From: an uncultured Chloroflexia bacterium
Lineage (GTDB): Bacteria > Chloroflexota > Dehalococcoidia > GIF9 > UBA5629
Direction: 5' to 3'
DNA: 64,000 bases
Assembly: GCA_963754385.1 (NCBI GenBank)
Contig: CAVWGE010000005.1
Location: 207,565 to 271,564 of the forward strand
The position numbers were made by a program, and so were the translations under genes. Below, one piece after another: positions 10,917-20,160 of this stretch. Each line of letters starts with the position of its first letter. Position 1 is the first letter of the stretch. The notes beneath the pieces are model-generated. The model did no database searches. It was given only the letters and a program-made list of their open reading frames with translations, and was not told where the DNA came from.

Positions 10917-12848
10917 ATGCCAAAGCAAGCTAATAACAATACAAACAATAATGCAGTCGAAGACTACACTGCAGAGGATATCCGTATTCTGGACGGCCTC
11001 GAGGCGGTGCGCCGCCGCCCGGGCATGTACATCGGCAGCACCGACGAACACGGGCTGCACCACCTGGTCTATGAGATAGTCTACAACAGCATAGACGAGG
11101 CGATGGCCGGTTACTGCGACAAAACAGAGATAATAATTCATAAAGATAACTCGGTAACGGTTATCGACAATGGCCGGGGTATACCGGTGGACATTCACCC
11201 GGCAACCAATACCTCAGCCCTGGAAGCAGTTATGACCCGGCTACACGCCGGAGCTAAATTCGGCGGCCGCACCTACATAGTGTCCAGCGGCTTGCACGGC
11301 GTTGGTGCTTCGGTGGTAAACGCCCTGTCTTCCTGGCTCAACGCCGAGGTTAAACGGGAGGGGAAAGTCTACTGCCAGAAATATGAACGGGGTAATCCCA
11401 CCTGCGATTTGAAAGCTATCGGCGATACCGAAAGCACGGGAACTACCATCACTTTCCTGGCTGATACTGAAATCTTCGGTGTGATTAACTACGATTTCAA
11501 TACAATCCGCGAGCGCCTCAAGGAGTTGGCTTTTTTAAACAAAAATCTGGAAATAAGCCTCAAAGATGAGAGAACCGACCAGGAGGCAACGTTCCTATTT
11601 GAAGGTGGTATCGCCAGCCTTGTCAGCCGTTTCAATAAGAACCGGCAAGTCCTCCACGGCCTGCCCATTTACATATCCGGCACAACAAACAGCACCGTTG
11701 TAGAAGTAGCCCTGCAATACAATGATGGCTTTTCTGAATCCACACTTAGCTTTGCCAACTGCGTCAATACCATAGACGGAGGCAGCCATCTAACCGGGTT
11801 CCGCTCGGCGCTAACCCGCGTCCTGAATGACTATGCCCGGAAAAACAAGCTGTTGAAGGATTCCGACCCCAATTTGATAGGTGATGACGTTCGTGACGGG
11901 CTGACATCGGTCATCAGCGTCAAACTTGTCGAACCCCAGTTCGAGGGACAAACTAAAGCCAAACTAGGCAATCCTGAAATAAAAACACAGGTCGAAGCCA
12001 TAGTAGCTGACGGTCTTTCTCTGCATCTGGAGCAACACCCCGACGACGCAAAGGCAATCATAGATAAGTGCCTGGTCTCGGCTAAAGCCAGAGAGGCAGC
12101 CCGAAAGGCTCGCGACCTTATCTTTAAGAAAAGCGGCTTAGAAGCCGGCACGCTGCCCGGAAAGTTAGCCGGCTGTTCAGATAATGACCCGCGCGAGTGT
12201 GAGCTTTATCTGGTCGAGGGTGACTCAGCCGGAGGTTCAGCCAAGCAGGGGCGGGACCGCCGTTTCCAAGCCATTCTACCGCTGCGAGGTAAAATCCTTA
12301 ATGTGGAAAAAGCTCCTAAAGATAAGATTTTGGACCATGAAGAGATCCGGGCCATTATCACCGCAGTAGGAGCTGGCATCGGTGACCAACTCGACTTCTC
12401 CAAACTACGCTACCACCGCATAATCATTATGACTGATGCCGATGTCGATGGCTCACATATCCGGACGCTGCTTCTTACCTTCTTCTACCGCAACATGGTA
12501 GAGCTAATAAGCCAGGGTCACCTGTTCATCGCCCAGCCACCCCTCTTCCGCATTCAAGTGGGGAAAGAACTATTCTGGATTTACTCAGACAAAGAAAGGG
12601 ATGCCAAGCTTAAGGAGCTCAAAGGTAAAAAATTGGAAATCCAGCGCTATAAGGGGTTGGGAGAAATGAGCGCCGAGCAACTATGGGATACTACTATGAA
12701 CCCGGAATCGCGAACTCTGCTCAAGGTGGAAATAGAAGACGCCATGGCAGCCGACAGGGTATTCCATATGCTTATGGGCAGCGAAGTCCCACCACGAAAG
12801 TCCTTCATCCAGGCTCACGCCAAAAGCGTCAGGAACCTGGATATTTAG
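10917..12848 (+). CDS. gyrB: DNA gyrase subunit B
   Basis: GLEAVRRRPGMYIG, GLHGVG, VEGDSAGG, PLRGK, MTDADVDG, QRYKGLGEM. Confidence 0.96.
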   Translation: MPKQANNNTNNNAVEDYTAEDIRILDGLEAVRRRPGMYIGSTDEHGLHHLVYEIVYNSIDEAMAGYCDKTEIIIHKDNSVTVIDNGRGIPVDIHPATNTSALEAVMTRLHAGAKFGGRTYIVSSGLHGVGASVVNALSSWLNAEVKREGKVYCQKYERGNPTCDLKAIGDTESTGTTITFLADTEIFGVINYDFNTIRERLKELAFLNKNLEISLKDERTDQEATFLFEGGIASLVSRFNKNRQVLHGLPIYISGTTNSTVVEVALQYNDGFSESTLSFANCVNTIDGGSHLTGFRSALTRVLNDYARKNKLLKDSDPNLIGDDVRDGLTSVISVKLVEPQFEGQTKAKLGNPEIKTQVEAIVADGLSLHLEQHPDDAKAIIDKCLVSAKAREAARKARDLIFKKSGLEAGTLPGKLAGCSDNDPRECELYLVEGDSAGGSAKQGRDRRFQAILPLRGKILNVEKAPKDKILDHEEIRAIITAVGAGIGDQLDFSKLRYHRIIIMTDADVDGSHIRTLLLTFFYRNMVELISQGHLFIAQPPLFRIQVGKELFWIYSDKERDAKLKELKGKKLEIQRYKGLGEMSAEQLWDTTMNPESRTLLKVEIEDAMAADRVFHMLMGSEVPPRKSFIQAHAKSVRNLDI

Positions 12849-13467
12849 CCAATAAAATTTTGCCCCAATCGCCGTATAGCTTGTGTTCTTTTATATAACC
12901 CTCTACCCCCTCAGGCACAAGCCCGTGAATAGATAACCCCCGAGCTACTCTGTTTCGTATGTCCGTAGAACTGATGTCAACCGGCGGCATATCCAGCCAG
13001 ACTACACGCTGAGTTACCCCGGGAACCAACGATTCCAGAGCCTTCAAATCCGGGCGGCTGAAACCCGGCCTGGTAACCGCCACCAACTTGCAGAGCTGAA
13101 TCAGCCTGTCCGGCTCCTTCCATTGAGGCAGCTCAGCCAGGCTATCCCAGCCGACTAAGAAGAAGAGCCTTGCCCCGGCACCCAGTTGCTGCTGCAGAAT
13201 AGCTACGGTCTCCACGCTTAAAGAAGGGCCGGGGCGGTCTATCTCGATAGCCGAAAGCTCAAAATGAGGGTTGGCAGCAATCGCCCGCTTCACCATCTCT
13301 ACACGGTGAGCTGCCGGGGTGATTTTTCTGGCTGTCTTAAACCATGGCTGCCCTGCGGGAACAAAGAGAACTCTGGCAAGTCTGAACTTTAGCCTGGCTT
13401 TCTCAGCTATAACAAGATGCCCCGAATGTATGGGGTCGAAAGTGCCGCCTAATACACCTATATTCAT
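12829..13467 (-). CDS. nadD: Nicotinate-nucleotide adenylyltransferase
   Basis: GGTFDPIHSGH...ISSTDIR. Confidence 0.95.
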   Translation of the reverse strand: MNIGVLGGTFDPIHSGHLVIAEKARLKFRLARVLFVPAGQPWFKTARKITPAAHRVEMVKRAIAANPHFELSAIEIDRPGPSLSVETVAILQQQLGAGARLFFLVGWDSLAELPQWKEPDRLIQLCKLVAVTRPGFSRPDLKALESLVPGVTQRVVWLDMPPVDISSTDIRNRVARGLSIHGLVPEGVEGYIKEHKLYGDWGKILLAKYPGS

Positions 13468-14525
13468 TTACCCCGCCTAACCTTGGGCTTAGGTCTAAAA
13501 ACAGCCATCGGCGCCTCTGGGCCGGTGCCCTTCTCCTGAACCTCCTCCAACATTTTAGCTGTTTCCGACACAAGCTCAGACACGCCTTGCCTGGTAACTG
13601 CAGAAACAAAGAAGGCCTTTACCCCCAGAGAGCTGAAGAGCTGTCCAATCTCCGGCAACCGAGCTTTAACCTCCGGCAAATCTATCTTATTCACCACCAC
13701 AACCTGAGGCTTTTGAGCCATCTCTGACTTATATAAAGCCAGCTCCCTGTTCAGGTTGCTCATATCATCAATTATAGACGGAGACATACCATCAAGTACA
13801 TGAAGCAAAATCTTAGTCCTTTCAGCATGGCGCAGGAATTCATGCCCCAGCCCCCTGCCCAGATGAGCACCATCTACAAGCCCGGGAATCTCCGCTAAAA
13901 CAAATGTCTTCATCCCTACCTCAACTACACCCAGCGCCGGCTCAAGAGTGGTAAAAGGATAATCAGCTATTTTCGGCCTGGCTTTAGACACGGCTGCCAA
14001 AAGGGTGGATTTACCCACGTTAGGATAGCCCATAATACCCACATCAGCAATAAGCTTAAGGTCAAGGACAACACGATGTTCTTCGCCAGGCTTGCCTTTA
14101 GTAGCTGTTTTGGGAGCCTGGTTCGTAGACGTGGCAAAATGGACATTCCCCAACCCACCCCTACCCCCTTTAGCCACCAGGACTTTTTGCCCTTGCTGAC
14201 TCAAGTCAGCCAGCAGTACCTCTAGCTCACCCTCCTTAAGAAATACAACAGTTCCCAAAGGCACATTAATTACGAGGTCATCACCCTTTGCACCATGTTT
14301 TTTCTGCTTCCCCCCACTCTTCCCGGATACCGCCTTAAAGCGCCTCTTATGCCGAAAGTAATTCAGTGCAGTGATACTTCTATCAGCAACAATGTAGGCA
14401 CTCCCACCAGCCCCGCCGTCTCCACCATCAGGACCACCAAGCGGCACAAACTTCTCATGCCGGAAGCTAACTACACCATTACCACCATTACCACCCCCTA
14501 TCACAATTTCAGCTCTATTTACCAT
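13464..14525 (-). CDS. obgE: GTPase Obg/CgtA
   Basis: Gly-rich Obg fold GGPDGGDGG; GYPNVGKST; YPFTT; NKID. Confidence 0.96.
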   Translation of the reverse strand: MVNRAEIVIGGGNGGNGVVSFRHEKFVPLGGPDGGDGGAGGSAYIVADRSITALNYFRHKRRFKAVSGKSGGKQKKHGAKGDDLVINVPLGTVVFLKEGELEVLLADLSQQGQKVLVAKGGRGGLGNVHFATSTNQAPKTATKGKPGEEHRVVLDLKLIADVGIMGYPNVGKSTLLAAVSKARPKIADYPFTTLEPALGVVEVGMKTFVLAEIPGLVDGAHLGRGLGHEFLRHAERTKILLHVLDGMSPSIIDDMSNLNRELALYKSEMAQKPQVVVVNKIDLPEVKARLPEIGQLFSSLGVKAFFVSAVTRQGVSELVSETAKMLEEVQEKGTGPEAPMAVFRPKPKVRRGK

Positions 14526-14529
14526 CGTT

Positions 14530-14760
14530 AAACTTCACTTAATATAGTACTTATCTTAATCTAAGATAGGTAATTTGTTAATAATAAGTATAACGTAAGA
14601 CACTAAGTATATTTGATATATTATGGGGGGAACGAAGCGACATTGCAATATAGGGCGGATTTGTGAACAAGTTATGAACATTTATGGGGAAGTTATGAGC
14701 AGGCTTGTAAATAAGTCGGCGGGGGGATACACAACTTTTGCGGTTTTTACATAAGTGCCT
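14530..14760. other. Probable chromosomal replication origin (oriC): AT-rich DUE plus degenerate DnaA-box array
   Basis: Directly downstream of dnaA; AT-rich 14530-14625; boxes TGTGAACAA (14662) and TGTAAATAA (14706) plus weaker ones at 14673, 14683, 14694; gene orientation and apparent G/C bias switch around here. Confidence 0.65.
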
Positions 14761-14763
14761 AAA

Positions 14764-16133
14764 TCAAGATGCGGATGAGGTTCTTCTGGGCAGCAACTTC
14801 CGGCGTATCTCTTGGATTGAACTGTGAAGCTGGGGATTAACGTCTATTTCCGCAGCTATCTTTTCGGAACCATGTATTATTGTTCTGTGTCCCCTGCCGC
14901 CAAGCAATTCGCCGATTTCTGCCAGGCTACAGTGGTTGTGCTCACGTAACAGGTACATGGTGACCTGACGGGCTAGAGCGGTTTTCTTATCTCTCCCTTT
15001 ATCTGCCAGCCCTTCAAGGTTAATGCCGTAGTAGTTAGCCACAGTGGTCATTATGAGCTTCGGTGTAAGCATGGCTTCTTGCTTGCTGTCTTTTGGAATT
15101 ATGTCTGCCAGTGCCTGCGTGGTTAAGTGCATATCTAGTTTCCCGCCGCTCAGACTTGAGTAGGTGAGCACTCTGTTTAAGGCGCCTTCTAATTCTCGAA
15201 TATTGTGCTGGAACTGTGTGGCTAGAAACCGCAGGACTTCCGGTGGAATTGACATGTTTAGCCGCTTCGCCTTAACTTTGAGTATGGCCAGGCGTGTTGC
15301 CAAATCCGGTAGCCCCAAATCAGCAACAAGTCCCCATTCAAGCCGGGACTTTAATTTCTTGGTTACCGAGGGTATGGCTTTTGGTGGTCGGTCGCTGGTA
15401 ACTACAATTTGGCAGTTATTTTCATAGAGGTCGTTGAAAATGTGTAACAAGCATTCTTGGGTTTGTGCTTTGCCACTTAGGAATTGGACGTCATCGACCA
15501 GCAGGAAATCGACGCTCCTGAACTTGCGGTGGAAATCATCGATCCTGTTGTTCTTGAGTGCGATTACAAACTGGTTAGTAAACTGCTCAGCGCTAGCCAG
15601 CAGTACGCGGCAGCCCTTGGCTTTAACTGTGTGTCCGATGGCATGCAGGAGATGTGTTTTGCCTGTACCGGTATCACCGTAGATGAAGAGGGGATTGTAC
15701 TTATTCCCGGGTCCTCGGAAACATCTAAAGCTGCTGCATAAGCCAGGCGGTTGCATTCACCGACTACGAAGCTATCGAAAGTATATTTTAAATTGAGCCT
15801 GAATGCTGCTGTTGCCGGTTCCTTAAGTCTGGCGCTTGTCCCGCCGTCAGCATGGTAAGCGGGTACCGGGGAGGTATCCTGGCTCGGAGCCCGAATTGCA
15901 AACTGGATGTCAACGGTGTTGCCGGTAATGCCGGTCAACGTCCTTTTAATCAGAGAGTGGAGGCGGCTTCTTAGCCATTCGGCGATGAAGACGTTAGGGA
16001 CACCGATAACAAAGACATCTTCTTTATAACTTACACCGGTGGTGTCCTTAAGCCAGGTATCATAATTCGGCTTATTGACTTGAAGTTGAAGTTCTCCTAG
16101 AGCTGCTTCCCATATTGCTTGTGCTGACTTCAA
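14764..16133 (-). CDS. dnaA: Chromosomal replication initiator DnaA, interrupted by a 1-nt frameshift at about 15705-15711
   Basis: ORF 15564-16133 gives domains I-II and YTFDSFVVG..N; ORF 14764-15756 gives YNPLFIYG..G.GKTHL, DDVQF, NIRELEGAL and domain IV; the two join at EDPG/NKYNP. Confidence 0.93.
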
Positions 16134-16385
16134 CTTCTTTTCCCCATAGAAATTTGGTTGGGCAGCCCCGGCAAATGAAACAAAAATCCCCCCACCCTAA
16201 GGTCTATTTCTATTGCATTTTTCGAATTTTAAAGCTTGTATTAAGCTACACTTTTGTGATGAAAAAAATAAAGTGAATAGACCGGGGACCACACCACAAA
16301 CGCCTCTAATAATAGCACAGTGGGTCTTTCGGGGTGTCAAGGGGGTTTTTGACATAATGAAGAAAGATGTTAAAATTTTATTGCC

Positions 16386-17330
16386 ATGTCAGAACGCATC
16401 ATTTTTATGGGGACCCCGGAGTTTGCTGTTCCCAGTTTGGAGGCTTTGATTCGCAGCACTTACCGGTTGGTTGCCGTATATACTCAACCAGACAGGAAGG
16501 CTGGCCGGGGGCAGAGCGTTGCTTTCTCTCCTGTAAGGCAACTGGCTTTATCTCAGGGGCTCGAGGTGGTTCAGCCGGATAGCTTGAAAGACACTGGCAC
16601 AGTTGAGAAGCTGGCTGGTTTTGCTCCGGACCTGATTGTGGTGGCAGCTTTTGGGCAGATTCTGCCGCCGGAGGTGCTGGCTTTGCCGAAGTTTGGTTGT
16701 GTCAATGTCCATCCCTCTCTTCTGCCTCAATATCGGGGTGCCTCACCGATAGCCACGGCAATTTTGCGAGGTGATGAAATTACCGGCGTCACCATTATGT
16801 TGCTGGATGCCGGCATGGATACCGGCCCTATTTTGAGCCGGAAGGAAGTCCCCATATCTGCTGATGATACTACCGGTTCGCTCGCCGCTAAGTTAGCTCA
16901 AGTCGGAGCACAATCGCTTATGGAGATATTGCCTTTGTGGATCGATGGGCGAATTAAGCCGCGGCCTCAGGCGGAAAGTCAGGCCAGTTATAGTAAGGTT
17001 ATAACCAAAGGCGATGGAGAGATGGACTGGCGACTTCCGGCTCTGGACTTATGGCGACGCGTCCGCGCTTTCGACCCCTGGCCGGGTTGCTTCACCTGGT
17101 GGCGAGGTAAACGTTTAAGGCTTATTAAGGTAGTGCCGCTGCATGGCGACAGGTCCGGCGAACCTGGCAAGGTGATAGCCTTATCTCCGCCGGCGCCGGC
17201 GACAGTTGGGGTCGAAACCGGAGATGGAGTTCTGGGGCTGCTCAGGGTCCAATTGGAGGGTAAGCGGGAGATGTCGGCAGATGAGTTTGTGCGCGGGCAG
17301 CGGGATTTCATTGGCAGCAGTCTGCTTTGA
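16386..17330 (+). CDS. fmt: Methionyl-tRNA formyltransferase
   Basis: FMGTPEFAVPSL, TQPDR, NVHPSLLP.YRGASPI, MDTGP. Confidence 0.97.
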   Translation: MSERIIFMGTPEFAVPSLEALIRSTYRLVAVYTQPDRKAGRGQSVAFSPVRQLALSQGLEVVQPDSLKDTGTVEKLAGFAPDLIVVAAFGQILPPEVLALPKFGCVNVHPSLLPQYRGASPIATAILRGDEITGVTIMLLDAGMDTGPILSRKEVPISADDTTGSLAAKLAQVGAQSLMEILPLWIDGRIKPRPQAESQASYSKVITKGDGEMDWRLPALDLWRRVRAFDPWPGCFTWWRGKRLRLIKVVPLHGDRSGEPGKVIALSPPAPATVGVETGDGVLGLLRVQLEGKREMSADEFVRGQRDFIGSSLL

Positions 17331-17384
17331 CTTTAATTCCTGTTTTGATTAAAATTATGTTTTACATAAGGAGTGATGTAGAAG

Positions 17385-18089
17385 ATGTTTTTCTTTGACC
17401 CGGTGTGGTTTCTCGTTATGCTGCCCCCCTTTATCTTCATGATTTATGCCCAGGTGAAGGTGAATTCAGCCTTTAATAAGTATTCCAAGATGGCTAATTC
17501 ACAAAATGTCACCGGGGCTGAAGCAGCCGAAAGATTGCTTCGGGCCAACGACTTGAGCAATATCAAAGTTGAGGGGGTGAAAAGCAAGCTGGGTGACCAC
17601 TACGACCCGGGTAAAAAAGTGTTACGTCTATCCCCGGCGGTAGCTAATACCCCGTCTGTTGCCGCACTTGGAATCGTGGCTCACGAGGTAGGGCATGCCG
17701 TTCAAGATAAGACGGGCTATGCCTTTCTTAGATTTCGCACTTCTCTGGTGCCGGCGGCTAGCCTGGGCAGTACCCTTGGCTACATCTTTGTTATCCTGGG
17801 TTTATTATTGGTTATGTTCGGCACCCAGTTCGGTATGACTGTTGTCTGGGTGGGTGTTTTTCTCTTCTCCCTGGCGGTGATTTTCAGCCTGATTACATTA
17901 CCTGTAGAGTTCAATGCCAGCAATCGGGCCAGGCAGATGTTACGCAGCACCGGAATGGTCTCTACCGAGGAATATAACGGAGCCAGCGCTGTCTTGTCGG
18001 CTGCTGCCCTCACCTATGTGGCGGCTACGCTTCAGGCGGTGGCTCAGCTTTTCTATTTTGTCATGATTGCCCTGGGCGGCCGCAGGTAA
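17385..18089 (+). CDS. Membrane zinc metallopeptidase (YugP-like)
   Basis: DHYDP, AHEVGHAVQ, TLPVEFNAS.RA, AALTYVAA. Confidence 0.9.
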   Translation: MFFFDPVWFLVMLPPFIFMIYAQVKVNSAFNKYSKMANSQNVTGAEAAERLLRANDLSNIKVEGVKSKLGDHYDPGKKVLRLSPAVANTPSVAALGIVAHEVGHAVQDKTGYAFLRFRTSLVPAASLGSTLGYIFVILGLLLVMFGTQFGMTVVWVGVFLFSLAVIFSLITLPVEFNASNRARQMLRSTGMVSTEEYNGASAVLSAAALTYVAATLQAVAQLFYFVMIALGGRR

Positions 18090-18093
18090 TCGA

Positions 18094-18280
18094 GTCAGTG
18101 CGAGTCCCGATGCAATCGGGATCCCTGTCATTGCGAGCCCTTCGCCTTGGTTATTCCGAGCCCTTCACTTTTTGTCATCCTGAGCCCTCCCCCTGTCATT
18201 CTGAGTCCTTCTCTTTGTGTCATTCTGAGGGAGCGAAGCGACGAAGAATCTCGCTCAGGGTAAACTCCGCGAAGAATCTC
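18094..18280. repeat. Nested/tandem palindromic intergenic repeat, copy A
   Basis: About six tandem GTCATT(G/C)(C/T)GAG heads at roughly 21-32 bp spacing, inner hairpin CCCGATGCAATCGGG, two GAAGAATCTC tails. Confidence 0.8.
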
Positions 18281-18351
18281 CGGGATTGCTAATTTATATC
18301 CGCCCCTATTATAATTGCGCCGAGACAAGTAAGTCCTATCGGGGTTACATT

Positions 18352-19134
18352 TTGTCTAAAGACAAGAATCCAGGCACCTTTGCTGCGCTCAAGAAGATTA
18401 TTGCCAGGCTGCGTGGCCCGGCTGGCTGTCCCTGGGATAAAAAGCAAACTCACGCCTCGTTAAAACCGTACTTAATTGAGGAGTGCTACGAGGTCTTGCA
18501 AGCTCTGGATGAGGGGACTCCGCAAAAAATCTGCGAGGAGTTAGGTGACCTTCTGCTTCAGATTATGCTTCATGCCCAAATTGCTGCCGAGGCAGGGCAA
18601 TTTAACATCGATGATGTTGTCCGGGGTATAAGCAGCAAGCTGATTCATCGCCATCCCCATGTCTTCGGTGGCCAGAAAGTACAGGATGCCGGGGAGGTAG
18701 AGCTGAACTGGGAGGCTTTAAAGCAGGAAGAGCGGGAGGAAGGAGAATCGCTTTTAGCCGGCGTACCTGAGCAAATGCCGGCGCTGGCCTACAGTCTATC
18801 TATTCAGCGGCGGGTAGCCAGAGTCGGTTTTGACTGGGAGAAAGTGGAGGAAATCATAGATAAGCTGGCTGAAGAGGTGGCTGAGATTAGACAGGCACCC
18901 GACCAGCAGGAGAGAGCCAAAGAGTTCGGCGATTTGTTTTTCACGCTGGCCAATGTAGCTCGCCGGCTGGATATAGACCCGGAGATGGCGCTCCGCTCGG
19001 CAAATCAGCGCTTCTATCGTCGCTTCGCCTACATGGAAAAAGTCTGCCGTGAGCGCGGTATCAACTTCGGCAGCCTGTCTTTGGACGACCAAAACGTCTT
19101 GTGGGAAGAAGCCAAGAAAAAGGTGGAGAAATAG
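18352..19134 (+). CDS. mazG: Nucleoside triphosphate pyrophosphohydrolase MazG
   Basis: LRGPAGCPWD.KQTH.SL, EELGDLLLQ, RHPHVF, GFDW, EFGD; start uncertain (TTG 18352). Confidence 0.95.
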   Translation: MSKDKNPGTFAALKKIIARLRGPAGCPWDKKQTHASLKPYLIEECYEVLQALDEGTPQKICEELGDLLLQIMLHAQIAAEAGQFNIDDVVRGISSKLIHRHPHVFGGQKVQDAGEVELNWEALKQEEREEGESLLAGVPEQMPALAYSLSIQRRVARVGFDWEKVEEIIDKLAEEVAEIRQAPDQQERAKEFGDLFFTLANVARRLDIDPEMALRSANQRFYRRFAYMEKVCRERGINFGSLSLDDQNVLWEEAKKKVEK

Positions 19135-19141
19135 GTAACCT

Positions 19142-19519
19142 TTAATAAGAGCCTTGTTCTTTAGGCTGAGGCCCTTGTTGTCGCTTTCTTTCTCGCATTC
19201 GCTTAAGGTGCCGTATTAGTTCCTGCATTTCCTCATCGGTAATATCCAATGATAAGATAGATTGTGGCCAGTATGCCCTTCGCTGGATATCTTCAATTGA
19301 TATCTCATAAGCGATTGCAATTTCATATAATATTTCGCCTCGGAGAGATTTCTGAGTTCTTTGCCCCCTTTCTATTTTACAAATACAACTCTTATCTCTT
19401 CCGATCCTATCTGCTATTTCCTGTTGAGTTTTTCCCTGAGATAGTCTTATTTCTGTCAAGTACTTGCCAATATCTGATGAAGTTCGTTCTTTTCTCGAAG
19501 ATCCCTTTCGCTTGGCCAT
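19142..19519 (-). CDS. XRE/Cro-C1 family HTH transcriptional regulator
   Basis: IGKYLTEIRLSQGKTQQEIADRIGRDKSCICKIERG. Confidence 0.88.
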   Translation of the reverse strand: MAKRKGSSRKERTSSDIGKYLTEIRLSQGKTQQEIADRIGRDKSCICKIERGQRTQKSLRGEILYEIAIAYEISIEDIQRRAYWPQSILSLDITDEEMQELIRHLKRMRERKRQQGPQPKEQGSY

Positions 19520-19557
19520 GATATAGTCATCCTAGCTTATCAAATAAACTGATTTGG

Positions 19558-19608
19558 TAGTTGACATTTTGAGCTTTAGTTGACATTTTGTCAATTAAAG
19601 CATATAAT
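19558..19608 (+). promoter_or_regulatory. Consensus sigma70 promoter with overlapping operator-like repeats
   Basis: TTGACA(19580)-17 nt-TATAAT(19603); palindrome TTGACA-TTT-TGTCAA 19580-19594; direct repeat TAGTTGACATTTTG at 19558 and 19577. Confidence 0.8.
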
Positions 19609-19715
19609 TTTATTGATAGGACAGTTTGCTGTTGCAAATAACCCAAACAGCAGGTAAAATATGAGTCCTAGAGGTTCAGGCCGGTCGGGGGGCCAATGTA
19701 GAAGGAGGAGGTAGA

Positions 19716-20141
19716 ATGGCGAAACAGACGGCAAGAGAACTGACAGATCCTCGTTCGTATATTACATTTGACGATATCATAGCCCTAGCCCTAGCAAAGA
19801 CCAAATCTAATCAGTTTAATGCTTCCTCTAGCAAATGGCAGGAGGTTCTTTACGATATACGTGAGCGGTTTAAGGGTGAAATCGTAGAACTTAGGATGAT
19901 GTTGTTTGACGAAAGTCGATCAGATATTCCACCCCAGAGCGAGGAGTTCTATCAGCTCATCAATATATTATCTGCGGCAAAGCTGATAAGCCTTCCCAAC
20001 CCGACTTACGAGAACATCCTCATGGATAATTTACAAAAGGAACGCGCAGTAAGTTTGGAAGAGAGATTGCTCAGGAAATATGAAAATCATATTAATGATA
20101 TTGCCGATATTATTGAAGAAAAATTAGCAGTACGCTCATAG
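19716..20141 (+). CDS. Hypothetical protein, possibly winged-helix (YwgA/DUF4065-like)
   Basis: Strong SD AGGAGGAGGT; motif PPQSEEFYQLINIL..AKLI resembles the P.S.E....L..L...GLI segment of YwgA/SocA-type folds (by eye only). Confidence 0.7.
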   Translation: MAKQTARELTDPRSYITFDDIIALALAKTKSNQFNASSSKWQEVLYDIRERFKGEIVELRMMLFDESRSDIPPQSEEFYQLINILSAAKLISLPNPTYENILMDNLQKERAVSLEERLLRKYENHINDIADIIEEKLAVRS

Positions 20142-20160
20142 TCCTTTTGCCATGTAAATA

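Noticed and set aside
12829-12848. Convergent overlap of gyrB and nadD
   Set aside because: Short 3' overlaps are common in compact genomes
18094-18280. Possible CRISPR array or the small ORFs 18098-18292 / 18128-18328
   Set aside because: Repeats are degenerate with only about 10-nt gaps, no unique spacers and no cas genes; the ORFs are by-products of the repeat
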